From an uncultured bacterium (GTDB lineage Bacteria; UBP7; UBA6624): a stretch of DNA of 59,312 nt. Every line of letters begins with the position of its first letter. Position 1 is the first letter of the stretch. The notes below the pieces were generated by a model, which was given only the letters and a program-made list of their open reading frames with translations, was not told where the DNA came from and ran no database searches. A program made the position numbers and the translations under genes. Positions 37,167 to 47,626 of the stretch are shown here, piece after piece. The stretch spans positions 1-59,312 of the forward strand of contig CAZDPU010000001.1 in NCBI GenBank assembly GCA_964507645.1, in the 5' to 3' direction.

Positions 37167-38366
37167 CTAGTTTTTCATAATCTCCATTAGTATATTTATC
37201 AAAGAAGGGTCAGCTATGTTTTTTAAGTATGTATTAATTGATTCATTTATCTCTATTTTCTCCTTTCTTCTTCTATGGGGTCTATCATGCTGTAAAGCTA
37301 CATAGGTGTCAGCAATTCTGAGTATCCTGCTTGCGAGAGGAATCTCGGATCCTTTTAGGCCGTCTGGATAGCCTGAACCATCCCAAGCCTCATGTGAGCT
37401 TCTGATTATTTTAGAAACTTTTGGCAAGCTTGTAATCTCTTTTGTTGCTCTTTCTCCTATCAATGTATGGTTTTTAATTATTTCCGTATCTTCCTTTGAG
37501 AGCTTTTCTTTTTTCATATAAATTTTTTCATCTTGAGCAAGGATTCCAATGTCAGAAAGGAATGCTGATATTTTCATTTCAAATAATTCTTCTTGGCTCA
37601 TTCCGATTGTTTCTCCTAGCTTGACAGCGAGAAGTGCAACCTTACTAGGGTGTGCTGCCAAGAATGGTATTTTTTCTCCTATCAAGTTAGAAAAAACAAC
37701 TGATATTGCTAGAAGATATGCTTGGGATTCGAATTCTGATAGCTCTTGTCCTGAATCTCTAATTTCCTTTATTTTTTCACTGGCAAAATTTTGTATATTT
37801 TTCTTTTCTTTAAACTTTATAAACTTGTCAACCAGCTGGGGTTGAAATCTTGTTTCTCTTGATTGGTTGAGTATTTTATTTATTTCTTTTTCTGTTCTTT
37901 TTGGCCTATAGGGCCTTTCTCTACTTAAGGTATCATTTAAATCACAAATAGATAGGATTTGCTTGGCTGTTGTGAATTCGCCAAGCATTAGCTGATCAGG
38001 GTAACCTGTTCCATTCCAACTTTCATGATGATGTCTAATTAAATTTGCAACTTCTTTCATTGAGGGTATGTCTTTTACTATCTTGTATCCAATTATTGAA
38101 TGGCCTTCAATTTTTTTTCTTTCCAGCGGAAGAAGGGGGCCTTTTTTATAAAGTATCGAATGTGGCAATGTAGTCTCTCCGATATCATGTAAAAGAGCAG
38201 CGTAATACAGGTTTCTTTGAGTCTTTAACGTTAGCCCAAACTCATCTGAGAAGCTGATTGAAAAATTTGCAACCCCTTGAGCATGAGAGCTTGTGTGTCC
38301 TTCGATTTCATCCAATATCTTTGAAAGGCACTTTATTAATTGTGAAAGTATATTGAATCTTTTCAT
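37167..38366 (-). CDS. Tandem HD-GYP domain phosphodiesterase
   Basis: Domain 1 LHDIG...HHHE.WNGTGYP; domain 2 LSDIG...SSHE.WDGSGYP. Confidence 0.9.
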   Translation of the reverse strand: MKRFNILSQLIKCLSKILDEIEGHTSSHAQGVANFSISFSDEFGLTLKTQRNLYYAALLHDIGETTLPHSILYKKGPLLPLERKKIEGHSIIGYKIVKDIPSMKEVANLIRHHHESWNGTGYPDQLMLGEFTTAKQILSICDLNDTLSRERPYRPKRTEKEINKILNQSRETRFQPQLVDKFIKFKEKKNIQNFASEKIKEIRDSGQELSEFESQAYLLAISVVFSNLIGEKIPFLAAHPSKVALLAVKLGETIGMSQEELFEMKISAFLSDIGILAQDEKIYMKKEKLSKEDTEIIKNHTLIGERATKEITSLPKVSKIIRSSHEAWDGSGYPDGLKGSEIPLASRILRIADTYVALQHDRPHRRRKEKIEINESINTYLKNIADPSLINILMEIMKN

Positions 38367-39865
38367 TTCTTAGCCCTTACACAATTCTTTCCTTCAGATT
38401 TTGCAACATATAGGCATTCATCAGCAACAGATATTATTTCATTTAAAGTATTTCCATTTTCAGGATATGTTGCAACCCCTATTGAAACTGTGAAGTTGAT
38501 TTTCTCATCATCATTTACTGGGATTGATATACCTTGAATTTCTTTCAATAGTTTTTCAGCTGCTTTTTGTGTGTTTTTGGAATCAGATTCAAGCAAAAGA
38601 AGCATGAATTCTTCCCCACCATACCTTCCCGACAAATCTCCTGCTCTTGATCTTTTTTGAATGTATTTGGCAAGGTTTTTCAAAACCTCATCACCAATTT
38701 GGTGTCCATAGGTATCATTAATTTCTTTAAAATTATCAACATCAAGCATCATTATGCTAAAGGTCCCTTCATATCTTTTTGATCTTTCGAGTTCAATGTT
38801 TCCTAATTCAAAAAATCTCCTTCTGTTCAGGAGGTTTGTTAAACTGTCTGTTTGTGCTAAAAGTCTTAATTCTTCTTGTAGGTTTTTATTTTCCAATATC
38901 CTTGAAAAATCTTTTGCTGCAACTTCAAAGAAGGTGTTATCACGATTGTTAAATGATGATGAACTTGATTTCATTAAAGCCAAAAATCCAACCCTTGAGC
39001 TTCTTTCAAAAAGATGTGTAATGATCATACTTTTGGGTCGAATGTCCTCAACAATTGCCCTTGGCTCCTTTGGAAATTGAAACAAGCCTTCTGGAAAGTT
39101 TGTTTTTGAAATCTTTGCTACATCCTCCCAATTAAATGGACTCAAAGAATTTCGATTCTTTTTTTTCTTAAATATATTCAAAAGAGCATCTAGTAGTTCT
39201 GGATCGTGTGTATTTGATTGAGATATTAATGTTTCAGCTGTTTTTTTTGAAAATCTCAGAAAGTGATCTGGATTTTTTTCTAATTTAATTTCTTTGTTCT
39301 TGTTGGAATAAAACATTATTGCATAGTCTGCATTTAGTGCTTCATATAATTTTTCTAAAAATATTTCAGCTAAATCTTCTGGTGAATTTGTCATTTCTGA
39401 AATGTTTTTAAGCAAAGAGAGCTCAGCAACCTGTCTTTCAAAATGCTCTCTGAAAACAGAATGATATCTTTTTAAGGTTTCATTAAATATTATCTCAAGT
39501 TTTTCGTTTTTGAGATGAATGTCAAAAGTCTTTTTTTCCTCTTCAGAAAGCAAGTTTTTGAAAGTTTTTACACATTTCCAAAATGCTTTATCAATATTTG
39601 AAGGATCTATGTCTTTTTCAATCCAGTAGTCAAAGTTTTTTTTAATCAGTATTGTTACCTGGTTGTCCTTCATTGAAAGGAGTGTTCTATCAAAAGATGA
39701 AAAAACACCAAAAATAAAATCTCCCAATAGCTGCCTGATGGATTCAGTTGAATTTTCAGGAAATAAATCTGAGAATTCTTTTGGAGGCTTGTTTGTAAAT
39801 TCAATTAGATATTTTCTTAAAATCGTTCTAAGAAAATCATATTTATATTCAATATTTTTTTTCAC
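38363..39865 (-). CDS. Diguanylate cyclase (helical sensor, GAF-like, GGDEF)
   Basis: TDSLT.L.NRR, DVDNFK.INDTYGH..GD, RAGD I-site, GRYGGEEF; track start 39958 lies inside tRNA-fMet, so GTG 39865 preferred. Confidence 0.92.
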   Translation of the reverse strand: MKKNIEYKYDFLRTILRKYLIEFTNKPPKEFSDLFPENSTESIRQLLGDFIFGVFSSFDRTLLSMKDNQVTILIKKNFDYWIEKDIDPSNIDKAFWKCVKTFKNLLSEEEKKTFDIHLKNEKLEIIFNETLKRYHSVFREHFERQVAELSLLKNISEMTNSPEDLAEIFLEKLYEALNADYAIMFYSNKNKEIKLEKNPDHFLRFSKKTAETLISQSNTHDPELLDALLNIFKKKKNRNSLSPFNWEDVAKISKTNFPEGLFQFPKEPRAIVEDIRPKSMIITHLFERSSRVGFLALMKSSSSSFNNRDNTFFEVAAKDFSRILENKNLQEELRLLAQTDSLTNLLNRRRFFELGNIELERSKRYEGTFSIMMLDVDNFKEINDTYGHQIGDEVLKNLAKYIQKRSRAGDLSGRYGGEEFMLLLLESDSKNTQKAAEKLLKEIQGISIPVNDDEKINFTVSIGVATYPENGNTLNEIISVADECLYVAKSEGKNCVRAKK

Positions 39866-39923
39866 TTGTAATAATTTTATAGGTTGTAATGCTCTTATTA
39901 GGATAGAATTGCTTTTATTCTGA

Positions 39924-39998
39924 CGCGGGGTGGAGCAGTGGTAGCTTGTCGGGCTCATAACCCGAAGGTCGCAGGTTCGAATCCTGCCCCCGCACCCA
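39924..39998 (+). tRNA. Initiator tRNA-fMet(CAT), CCA encoded
   Basis: CGCGGGG start with C1:A72 mismatch, three consecutive G:C pairs (GGG/CCC) in anticodon stem, CTCATAA loop. Confidence 0.96.
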
Positions 39999-40004
39999 GG
40001 TTTT

Positions 40005-40078
40005 GGCAGCGTAGCTCAGCTGGTTAGAGCGTCCGGCTCATACCCGGGAGGTCCTCGGTTCAAGTCCGAGCGCTGCTA
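40005..40078 (+). tRNA. tRNA(CAT), most likely elongator Met; CCA not encoded
   Basis: GGCAGCG/CGCTGCT stem, CTCATAC loop; resembles elongator Met rather than Ile2. Confidence 0.85.
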
Positions 40079-40092
40079 TTTGCCTAAAAAGT

Positions 40093-41034
40093 ATGGATAA
40101 GTTGTTAAAAAAAATCAAAGATAACATTCTTGAAAAAAAACTAATAAACAGCGGTGATAAGGTTTTAATTGCATGGTCTGGAGGGCCTGATTCAACAGCC
40201 TTGCTTTCTATCTTGAAAAACCTGAGAGATGATTTGGATTTTCATATTGAAGCTTTTTATTTCAATCATGATTCAAGAGAGGATTCTTCTCAAGAAGAGG
40301 CATTTGTTGAACTTTTTTCTCAAAAGCATTTAATTAAACTTCATACCTCAAAGTCAAGAAAAAAAACTATTGGCCAAGGCCCTGAGGACACATGGAGGAA
40401 AGAAAGATATTCTGTAATTGAAAAAATTATTCAAAAAGATAAGTTCGACAAGGTTGCAACAGGCCATACTCTTGATGACAATCTGGAAACCTTGTTGATT
40501 AGGCTAGGTAGAGGTTCTGGACTGGAAGGGATCAAAGGAATTCCAATTAGGAGGGATTACTTTATAAGGCCTCTTTTAAATGTGACTAAAAAAGACCTGA
40601 TGACCTATTTGGAAAAGAATGAGCTTCAGTGGTACAAAGATCCTTCAAATGAGAATAACTTGATCAGAGCTTCTTTAAGAAAGGAGGTTATTCCAGCACT
40701 GAAAAAAACTTGGGATAGGTATTGGCCAGCAGGTCCTGAAAAAAGTTTATCAATCTTGGCTGAGGAAAACCAGTCTTTAAATGTCCTTTCAAATGATTTG
40801 TTGAGAATTTATTTAAATGAGAAAGGGTTGAATAGGGAGGTGTTTAACCTTCCGCCAGCAATTTCTCTGAGAGTTATAAAAAACTGGTTGTATTCAATTG
40901 GTGTAAATCCTCCCGGCGGAGCGTTGGAAAGGGTTTTGAATGAAGGGAGAAGTAAAAAGAAGACATTTATTGAAGGTCCTTCATGGTTCAGAATCGAAAT
41001 TACGAATGATAATATTGTTTATGTTGGAGACTGA
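40093..41034 (+). CDS. tilS: tRNA(Ile)-lysidine synthetase
   Basis: SGGPDS PP-loop, ATGHTLDD..ET, RGSGL.G, IRPLL, DPSN; upstream of ftsH. Confidence 0.93.
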   Translation: MDKLLKKIKDNILEKKLINSGDKVLIAWSGGPDSTALLSILKNLRDDLDFHIEAFYFNHDSREDSSQEEAFVELFSQKHLIKLHTSKSRKKTIGQGPEDTWRKERYSVIEKIIQKDKFDKVATGHTLDDNLETLLIRLGRGSGLEGIKGIPIRRDYFIRPLLNVTKKDLMTYLEKNELQWYKDPSNENNLIRASLRKEVIPALKKTWDRYWPAGPEKSLSILAEENQSLNVLSNDLLRIYLNEKGLNREVFNLPPAISLRVIKNWLYSIGVNPPGGALERVLNEGRSKKKTFIEGPSWFRIEITNDNIVYVGD

Positions 41035-41064
41035 TTTTTTGTTTAGAATATATTTTCTTCTTTT

Positions 41065-42906
41065 ATGAAAAAGAAAAAAAAGAACAATCATCAACCTTCC
41101 CCAAGGTCACTTTTGATATTGGCGTTCCTCTTTTTTGGGACAATGGTTTTTTTTAGCCTTTTTGAGACTTCAGAAGAGACAACCCAAAGTCAATTTTTTT
41201 CCTATCTTGAAGAGGGCTCTATAGAAGATGTTTCGATAGATACAAGTTCAAATTCCGTGAACTATAAAATCTTCAACGATGATAAGGATTATTTTTCAAG
41301 AGTTATATTAAGTGATTCCTTGCTCGAAAAAATTAATTCAAATGTGTCTGAGGTGAAAGTTAAACCAAAGAGCTGGGGGGAAAGCGTTAATCCTTTTGTA
41401 TGGTTTGCACTTTCAATAGGTATAACCGTATTGATTTTTATCCTTTTGATTCGAAAAATGGGAGGGGGAGGAGATCCAACCTCTTTTGGTCAGTCAAAAG
41501 CAAAATCGATCACCAGCGAAAAAACTAAAACAAAATTCAGTGATGTTGCTGGTCTAGAAGAGCCAAAAAACGAATTACAAGAGATTGTTTCTTTCCTGAA
41601 AAATCCAGCACCATTTAAAAAATTAGGTGCAAAACCAACTAAAGGAGTTTTGCTTACAGGTCCTCCGGGATGTGGTAAGACATTATTGGCAAAAGCTGTT
41701 GCTGGGGAGGCTAAGGTTCCTTTCTTTCTTTCAAGTGGTAGTGAATTTGTGGAACTTTTTGTTGGGGTGGGGGCATCAAGAGTTAGAAGCTTGTTTGAAA
41801 AAGCAAAAGCTGCTGGAAGCGCTCTTATTTTTCTTGATGAAATAGATGCTGTTGGAAGGCAAAGGGGTGCTGGAATGGGTGGTGGTCATGATGAGAGAGA
41901 GCAGACTTTGAACCAAATCTTGATAGAGATGGATGGATTTGAATCACATAACAATATAGTTGTTATAGCAGCAACAAATAGGCCAGATATTCTAGACCCT
42001 GCCTTAATAAGGTCTGGACGTTTTGACAGAAAAATAAAAGTAAATTTGCCAACTGTAAAATCAAGAGAAGAGATATTAAAAGTTCATTCTGCTGGAAAGC
42101 CTTTTGAAAAAAGTATAAGCCTTAAGCACATAGCACAAAGGACTCCTGGTTTTTCTGGAGCTGATCTCGAGAATCTTCTAAATGAGTCTGCTTTGTTGGC
42201 TGCGAGGGGCAAAGCTAAAAAAATAAAGCAAGAACATTTAGCTGAAGCTGTTGAGAGGGTTGCGATGGGTCCTCAGCGTAAATCTTTGATTATCTCAGAA
42301 AAAGAAAAGAAAACTGTTGCTTGGCATGAGTCTGGTCATGCTATTGTTTCTTATCTTTTTGGATCAACCGTTCATAAAATTACGATTATCCCAAGATCTG
42401 AAGCTCTTGGTTATGTTTGGAATACTGACTCTGAAGAAGATACAGATAAGGCTTTACAAACAAAAAAAGACCTATTAGATGAGATGGCTATTTGTCTGGC
42501 AGGTAGAGCTGCTGAAAAAATTGCTTTTAAAGAAATTACAAATGGTGCTAGTTCTGACATAAAGAGAGTAACCAGTATTGCTAGGTCCATGGTTCGAAAC
42601 TGGGGCATGAGCGAAAAGATAGGCCCGGTTGATTATGAGTATGACCAAGCTCCATTTTTGGGAAGAGGTTTTTCAATGCAGAAAAACCATTCAGACGCAA
42701 CTGAAGAGGAGATAGACCGACAAGTCCTTTCTTTAATTAACTGCTCACAAGACAAAGCTGAAAGTTTGCTTTTGAAGCACAAAGATGCCTTAGACGGTCT
42801 TGCAAATATATTATTAGAAAAAGAATCAATAGACAGAGAAGATTTTGAGAAGTTGATGAAGGGTTTAAAGGTTCAAAGTAAGCAAAAAAATAAAAAAAGT
42901 GATTAG
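41065..42906 (+). CDS. ftsH: ATP-dependent zinc metalloprotease FtsH
   Basis: Two TMs, GPPGCGKT, DEIDAVGR, TNRPD.LDPAL.R.GRFDR, HESGH. Confidence 0.97.
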   Translation: MKKKKKNNHQPSPRSLLILAFLFFGTMVFFSLFETSEETTQSQFFSYLEEGSIEDVSIDTSSNSVNYKIFNDDKDYFSRVILSDSLLEKINSNVSEVKVKPKSWGESVNPFVWFALSIGITVLIFILLIRKMGGGGDPTSFGQSKAKSITSEKTKTKFSDVAGLEEPKNELQEIVSFLKNPAPFKKLGAKPTKGVLLTGPPGCGKTLLAKAVAGEAKVPFFLSSGSEFVELFVGVGASRVRSLFEKAKAAGSALIFLDEIDAVGRQRGAGMGGGHDEREQTLNQILIEMDGFESHNNIVVIAATNRPDILDPALIRSGRFDRKIKVNLPTVKSREEILKVHSAGKPFEKSISLKHIAQRTPGFSGADLENLLNESALLAARGKAKKIKQEHLAEAVERVAMGPQRKSLIISEKEKKTVAWHESGHAIVSYLFGSTVHKITIIPRSEALGYVWNTDSEEDTDKALQTKKDLLDEMAICLAGRAAEKIAFKEITNGASSDIKRVTSIARSMVRNWGMSEKIGPVDYEYDQAPFLGRGFSMQKNHSDATEEEIDRQVLSLINCSQDKAESLLLKHKDALDGLANILLEKESIDREDFEKLMKGLKVQSKQKNKKSD

Positions 42907-42950
42907 AATTCTTTGATGCTATTTAAAGAAAAATTGGAAGTTAAAAATTG

Positions 42951-43343
42951 ATGGCTGATAATTTTCAGGCAACCGTCCAGTTTTCAGGAGTTCTTTTGTT
43001 TTTCTTTGGAGCTGTAGGCTTTGGTGTTATTTCCCTTTTCATGAACCAGATTACTGGAGGAAGGTTTCCTTCTCCATCTAAGCTAAGTACTTATGAATGT
43101 GGTAATGATCCTCATCTAGATGCTGATATTCCTTTTAATTTTAGGTTTGCTGTAATTGCTGTAATTTTCCTTTTGTTTGAAATTGAATTAGTTTTCTTTT
43201 TGCCTTGGGCTGTAAGTTTTAGAAATTTACTTTTTACAACAGGTTGGCCAGCTTTTTTTGAAATGATAACATTTTTTTCCATACTGGTAATAGCATTTGT
43301 TTATGTTTGGAGGAAAGGTGGTTTGGAGTGGGACAGAACCTAG
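42951..43343 (+). CDS. nuoA: NADH-quinone oxidoreductase subunit A
   Basis: K.STYECG, FLLFEIE..F..PWA, W.KGGLEW. Confidence 0.93.
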   Translation: MADNFQATVQFSGVLLFFFGAVGFGVISLFMNQITGGRFPSPSKLSTYECGNDPHLDADIPFNFRFAVIAVIFLLFEIELVFFLPWAVSFRNLLFTTGWPAFFEMITFFSILVIAFVYVWRKGGLEWDRT

Positions 43344-43354
43344 GAGGATAGATT

Positions 43355-43825
43355 ATGAGTCAAGAACCTTATATGTTGGCTAAGTTGGATGACTTGCTTG
43401 GATGGTGTAGGAAAAATAGTTTATGGCCTATGACCTTTGGTCTTGCTTGTTGCGCTATTGAGATGATGTCAATTGGTGATACTAAATATGATGTTGACAG
43501 AATGGGTGTTGTTTTTAGGGCCAGTCCTAGGCAGTCTGACGTGATGATTGTTTCTGGAACCGTTACTTACAAAATGGCTCCTTTGCTCAAGCGACTTTAT
43601 GACCAGATGCCTGAGCCTAAATATGTTATTTCAATGGGTTCTTGTGCAAATTCTGGAGGAATTTACAAAGATGCTTATTCTGTTGTCAATGGTGTCGACC
43701 AGGTTGTTCCAGTAGATGTTTATGTTCCTGGTTGCCCACCTCGTCCAGAAGCTTTGATATATGCAATAACAAAATTACAAGAAAAAATAGAAAAGGAGAA
43801 ACTAATTTCAGATCGTGTTGCATGA
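43355..43825 (+). CDS. nuoB: NADH-quinone oxidoreductase subunit B
   Basis: [28 protein letters not shown]; GGAGG RBS. Confidence 0.96.
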   Translation: MSQEPYMLAKLDDLLGWCRKNSLWPMTFGLACCAIEMMSIGDTKYDVDRMGVVFRASPRQSDVMIVSGTVTYKMAPLLKRLYDQMPEPKYVISMGSCANSGGIYKDAYSVVNGVDQVVPVDVYVPGCPPRPEALIYAITKLQEKIEKEKLISDRVA

Positions 43826-44393
43826 TAAAAAATTATTTCTAAAAAAACTAGAAAGTTTTTTTGACGAATATGGAGAACTAAGAGGTCAACTAATTTTTAT
43901 TGTTGACAGGTCTAAGATTCTTGAATGTTTGTCATTACTAAAGAATGATAAAGATTTAGATTTTGACATGCTGCATGATTTAACTTGCAATCAAAAAAAG
44001 AAAGGTTTGGAATTGATCTACCAAATGCACAGTACTAAAAATTCATATTGGATTACTATAAAATCTTTAATTCCTTCTGAATCTCTGATTGCACCTTCTG
44101 TAACACCTCTTTTCCCTGCTGCAGATTGGCATGAAAGAGAGGCTTTCGACATGTTCGGTTTGAAATTCAATGATCATCCTGACCTTAGGAGGATATTACT
44201 TCCTGATGACTGGGAGGGTTTTCCTTTAAACAAAGAATATCCACTTGGTGGGTTCAAGGACATTAAGCCTATTTGGGCTTATGAAGAGGCAGAAGATTTA
44301 CAAAATTTACCAGAGAGAGATCTTTTAGATTCCCCAATAATGAAACCAGAGAAAAAGAAAAAGAAACTAAAAATTATTAAAGAAAATGAGTGA
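43815..44393 (+). CDS. nuoC: NADH-quinone oxidoreductase subunit C
   Basis: [29 protein letters not shown]. Confidence 0.93.
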   Translation: MLHDKKLFLKKLESFFDEYGELRGQLIFIVDRSKILECLSLLKNDKDLDFDMLHDLTCNQKKKGLELIYQMHSTKNSYWITIKSLIPSESLIAPSVTPLFPAADWHEREAFDMFGLKFNDHPDLRRILLPDDWEGFPLNKEYPLGGFKDIKPIWAYEEAEDLQNLPERDLLDSPIMKPEKKKKKLKIIKENE

Positions 44394-45534
44394 AGCTAAA
44401 GATTTTTTGACAACAAAGACGGGTACTCTTTTGGAGCAGGAGTCAGAAGATAGATTTTGGCTTAACATGGGTCCACAACACCCTTCAACACATGGCGTTT
44501 TCAGAATTTTGTTGGAAACAGAAGGAGAGGTGGTAAAGAATGTGAAGCCGATCATTGGATATTTGCATCGAGGGGTTGAGAAGATATCAGAAAACAGAGA
44601 GTGGATGGGAGCTCTTCCTCTAACTGACAGAATGGATTATCTTGGTGCTATGTCAAACAATATGGCATTAACTCTGCCTGTTGAAAGATTGATGGAGATA
44701 GACGTTCCAAGAAGAGCACAATGGCTGAGGGTTTTAGCCTTAGAGACAAACAGGCTTGCTAGTCATTTGTTGTTTTATGGAACACTTGGTTTGGATCTTG
44801 GGGCACTTACTCCTTTCTTTTTCGCTTTTAGACAAAGGGAAATTGCTCAGTATTTGTTAGAGCTTCTTTCTGGACAGAGGATTACTTTTAATTACATAAG
44901 GTATGGTGGCGTTAGAGGAGATATTACACCACAAATAGAACGAGAATTTAGAAATTTTATTTCAGGATTCAAGCCAGCTTTTAAAGAGATGTGGGATCTT
45001 GTAGAGGGAAATGAAATATTTCGTTCAAGGGTTATTGGTGTAGGTAAATCTGATAGTGATTTGCTTATAAGGTATGGTGTTACCGGACCAATACTTAGAG
45101 CAACGGGTATCAAGAGAGATTTGAGAAAAGATATTCCCTATGCTGCTTATGATGAATTTGATTTCAATGTTGTTACACATGATAAAGGAGACACTTATTC
45201 AAGATGGATTTGTAGATACCAGGAAATGGGAGAGTCTCTGAAGATAATTGAGCAATGTTTGGACGGTATGCCTGATGGGCCTTATATCAAAAAAATGCCA
45301 TTCTTTTTTAAACCTCCACAAGGTGAAATTTATTCTGCAATAGATACCCCTCGTGGAGACTTGGGTGTTTATATTGTTTCTGATGGAAGCAGGTTTCCTT
45401 ACAGGATAAGATACAGAGCTCCATCTTTTTGTAATCTTTCAGTTTTGCCAGAACTTTTGTACGGACAACTTATTGGAGATGTTATAGCTATACTTGGGTC
45501 ATTTGATCCTGTGTTTGGCGAGGTTGACAGATGA
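44386..45534 (+). CDS. nuoD: NADH-quinone oxidoreductase subunit D
   Basis: NMGPQHPSTHGV, GYLHRGVEK, DRMDY, D.VFGEVDR; no NiFe CxxC motifs. Confidence 0.96.
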   Translation: MSEAKDFLTTKTGTLLEQESEDRFWLNMGPQHPSTHGVFRILLETEGEVVKNVKPIIGYLHRGVEKISENREWMGALPLTDRMDYLGAMSNNMALTLPVERLMEIDVPRRAQWLRVLALETNRLASHLLFYGTLGLDLGALTPFFFAFRQREIAQYLLELLSGQRITFNYIRYGGVRGDITPQIEREFRNFISGFKPAFKEMWDLVEGNEIFRSRVIGVGKSDSDLLIRYGVTGPILRATGIKRDLRKDIPYAAYDEFDFNVVTHDKGDTYSRWICRYQEMGESLKIIEQCLDGMPDGPYIKKMPFFFKPPQGEIYSAIDTPRGDLGVYIVSDGSRFPYRIRYRAPSFCNLSVLPELLYGQLIGDVIAILGSFDPVFGEVDR

Positions 45535-46895
45535 AGATTTTGAATTGGAGAGTTAGAAATGTTCCTGTTGGAAAGATTGCTATTCTTCTTTTTGGGATTG
45601 CTTTTTTCCTCTTCCTCGCCTGGCAAGCTTGGGCTTTTACGAATTACTGGTCATTTGAACCTATTTTTGATTCAATCAGAAATGCATTTTTAGACTTAAG
45701 GAAGAATTTTGGTGGGCCTGGTCAGATGCCAATGGGTTTATACAACACGATAATCCTCACTTTAAAGCTGCTAGGTGTATTGGTCGTTTTGCTTTTGGTT
45801 GGAGCATATTCGACTTATGTGGAAAGAAAAATATTGGCCTTTATGCAAGATAGACTTGGTCCAACTCGAGTTGGGCCAAGAGGAATCCTTCAGCCAATTG
45901 CAGATGGTCTAAAATTACTTCAAAAAGAATGTATTGTTCCTTTAGGTGCTGATGCAAATTTTCACTATTTAGCCCCGGTTATATGTTTCATACCTGCACT
46001 CATGGGTGCAGTTCTTATCCCTTTTGGGAAAGGCATGATCCCTGTTGATTTAAATGTTGGTATTCTTTATTTTTTTGCTTTAGGTGCATTTGGTGAATTG
46101 GGTATATTTTTAGCTGCATGGGGTTCTAATAACAAGTATTCGGCAATTGCTGGATTCAGAGCTGTTGCGCAATTGGTTAGTTATGAAATTCCAATGGCTT
46201 TTGCAATAATGTCTGTGGTTCTTCTTTCTGGCAGTTTGAAGATTAGCGATATTATCAATGCTCAAGTTGATGGAATTACTGCACATGGAGGTTTGGGTTT
46301 TCCCATCTGGTTTATAGTTCCTCAGTTTTTGGGTTTTCTCATTTTCTTTTTAAGTTCTGTTGCTGAAACAAACCGTACTCCTTTTGACCTTGCTGAGGCA
46401 GAGTCTGAATTGGTTAGTGGTTTTCATACAGAATATACAGGTTTAAGATGGGCTTTCTTTTTCCTTGCTGAATATGTAAATATATTTATTGGAGCTGCAA
46501 TAATTGCCACAATGTATCTGGGTGGATATGCTGGACCAGAGCTTCCATTTTTGGGAATTACTCTTTCATCTGTTTTTTGGTTCTGTTTCAAGGTCTTTTT
46601 GATCTTCTTCATTATTGTTTGGTTGCGTGGAACCCTTCCACGATTAAGGGTTGACCAGTTGATGATGACTTGCTGGAAAAGATTAATTCCCATCTCTATG
46701 GCAAACTTCTTACTTACGGGTATTTTTGTTTTTGCAAATACAGTAAGGCTGACTCCTCAATTATGGACAGTTCATTTGGAGAATAGTGCTTACACATCAA
46801 TTGCGGCCCTGGTTGGAATATTGGTTCTTATGTTTGGCTTGGCGTGGTATTTTGCAAGAGATTTGATGAAGCCTCTAAAGGAGAGAGAAACATGA
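45531..46895 (+). CDS. nuoH: NADH-quinone oxidoreductase subunit H (extended)
   Basis: ERK..A.MQ.R.GP, QP.ADGLK, AETNRTPFDL.EAESELV.G, PRLR.DQ. Confidence 0.95.
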   Translation: MKILNWRVRNVPVGKIAILLFGIAFFLFLAWQAWAFTNYWSFEPIFDSIRNAFLDLRKNFGGPGQMPMGLYNTIILTLKLLGVLVVLLLVGAYSTYVERKILAFMQDRLGPTRVGPRGILQPIADGLKLLQKECIVPLGADANFHYLAPVICFIPALMGAVLIPFGKGMIPVDLNVGILYFFALGAFGELGIFLAAWGSNNKYSAIAGFRAVAQLVSYEIPMAFAIMSVVLLSGSLKISDIINAQVDGITAHGGLGFPIWFIVPQFLGFLIFFLSSVAETNRTPFDLAEAESELVSGFHTEYTGLRWAFFFLAEYVNIFIGAAIIATMYLGGYAGPELPFLGITLSSVFWFCFKVFLIFFIIVWLRGTLPRLRVDQLMMTCWKRLIPISMANFLLTGIFVFANTVRLTPQLWTVHLENSAYTSIAALVGILVLMFGLAWYFARDLMKPLKERET

Positions 46896-47626
46896 ATGTT
46901 CAGCTAGAGACAATCACAAACATTTCAATGGTCTTTGCTATTGTGATGTTTATCATTTTGATGATGTTTGCTTTTGTTGTTATAAGGTCTAGTGCAACTG
47001 GAATCAAAGGTGGTTTAAGGTTGGTTTTGGAGAAATTTTTAAGGAACTTTGAGCAAAATGACACTCTTGAATACCCAGGGAATGATCGAGTGATGAGCCA
47101 TAGGTGGAGAGGTAGATTTGTCCAAATGATTGATGAGAAGGGAAGGATGCGTTGTGATGCTTGTCAGCTTTGTGCTCAAGCCTGTCCAGACAACCTGATT
47201 GAGGTACTTCCTGAAGGTAAAGGAAGAGACAAAAGGCCAAGAGTCTACACTTTGAATTACGCTGCTTGTCACAATTGTGGTTTTTGTGTTGATATTTGTC
47301 CAAGTGATGCAATAAGGTTTTCTAGGGATTTTGAGACTGCAACCTACGATAGAACAGATGCTTTTAGCCATAATGATAATGAATCTCTTGTTTTTAATCT
47401 AGAAGATCTTGTTGCTTTTGAATCATCAGTTTATCCTGAGCTTTTTGATGCAAGTTCCCCTGGGGATGTTGCTGATAGTTTGGGTTATTTTAAACAAAAA
47501 AATATTTTCAAAGCTGATACTTATGAAGGTTATGAGCCAATGGACGAAGATGCATTAAAGATTGTTGAAGAAACCGTTCACGAAAATGAAGAAAAGGATT
47601 ATGAGATACCAGAAATAGATGAATAA
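46892..47626 (+). CDS. nuoI: NADH-quinone oxidoreductase subunit I (2x[4Fe-4S]) with N-terminal TM and acidic tail
   Basis: CDACQLCAQACP and CHNCGFCVDICP; ATG 46892 in ATGA overlap with AAGGAG RBS. Confidence 0.9.
   Translation: MNVQLETITNISMVFAIVMFIILMMFAFVVIRSSATGIKGGLRLVLEKFLRNFEQNDTLEYPGNDRVMSHRWRGRFVQMIDEKGRMRCDACQLCAQACPDNLIEVLPEGKGRDKRPRVYTLNYAACHNCGFCVDICPSDAIRFSRDFETATYDRTDAFSHNDNESLVFNLEDLVAFESSVYPELFDASSPGDVADSLGYFKQKNIFKADTYEGYEPMDEDALKIVEETVHENEEKDYEIPEIDE

Noticed and set aside
39866-39958. Track N-terminus of the GGDEF protein
   Set aside because: Start is the reverse complement of the tRNA-fMet anticodon; GTG 39865 is more plausible
40005-40078. tRNA-Ile2 (lysidine substrate) because it sits just upstream of tilS
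   Set aside because: Acceptor stem and CTCATAC loop look like elongator Met; adjacency alone is insufficient (an isotype-specific covariance model would settle it)
44386-45534. Group 4 NiFe hydrogenase large subunit
   Set aside because: No CxxC nickel ligands; has the NuoD quinone-site motifs
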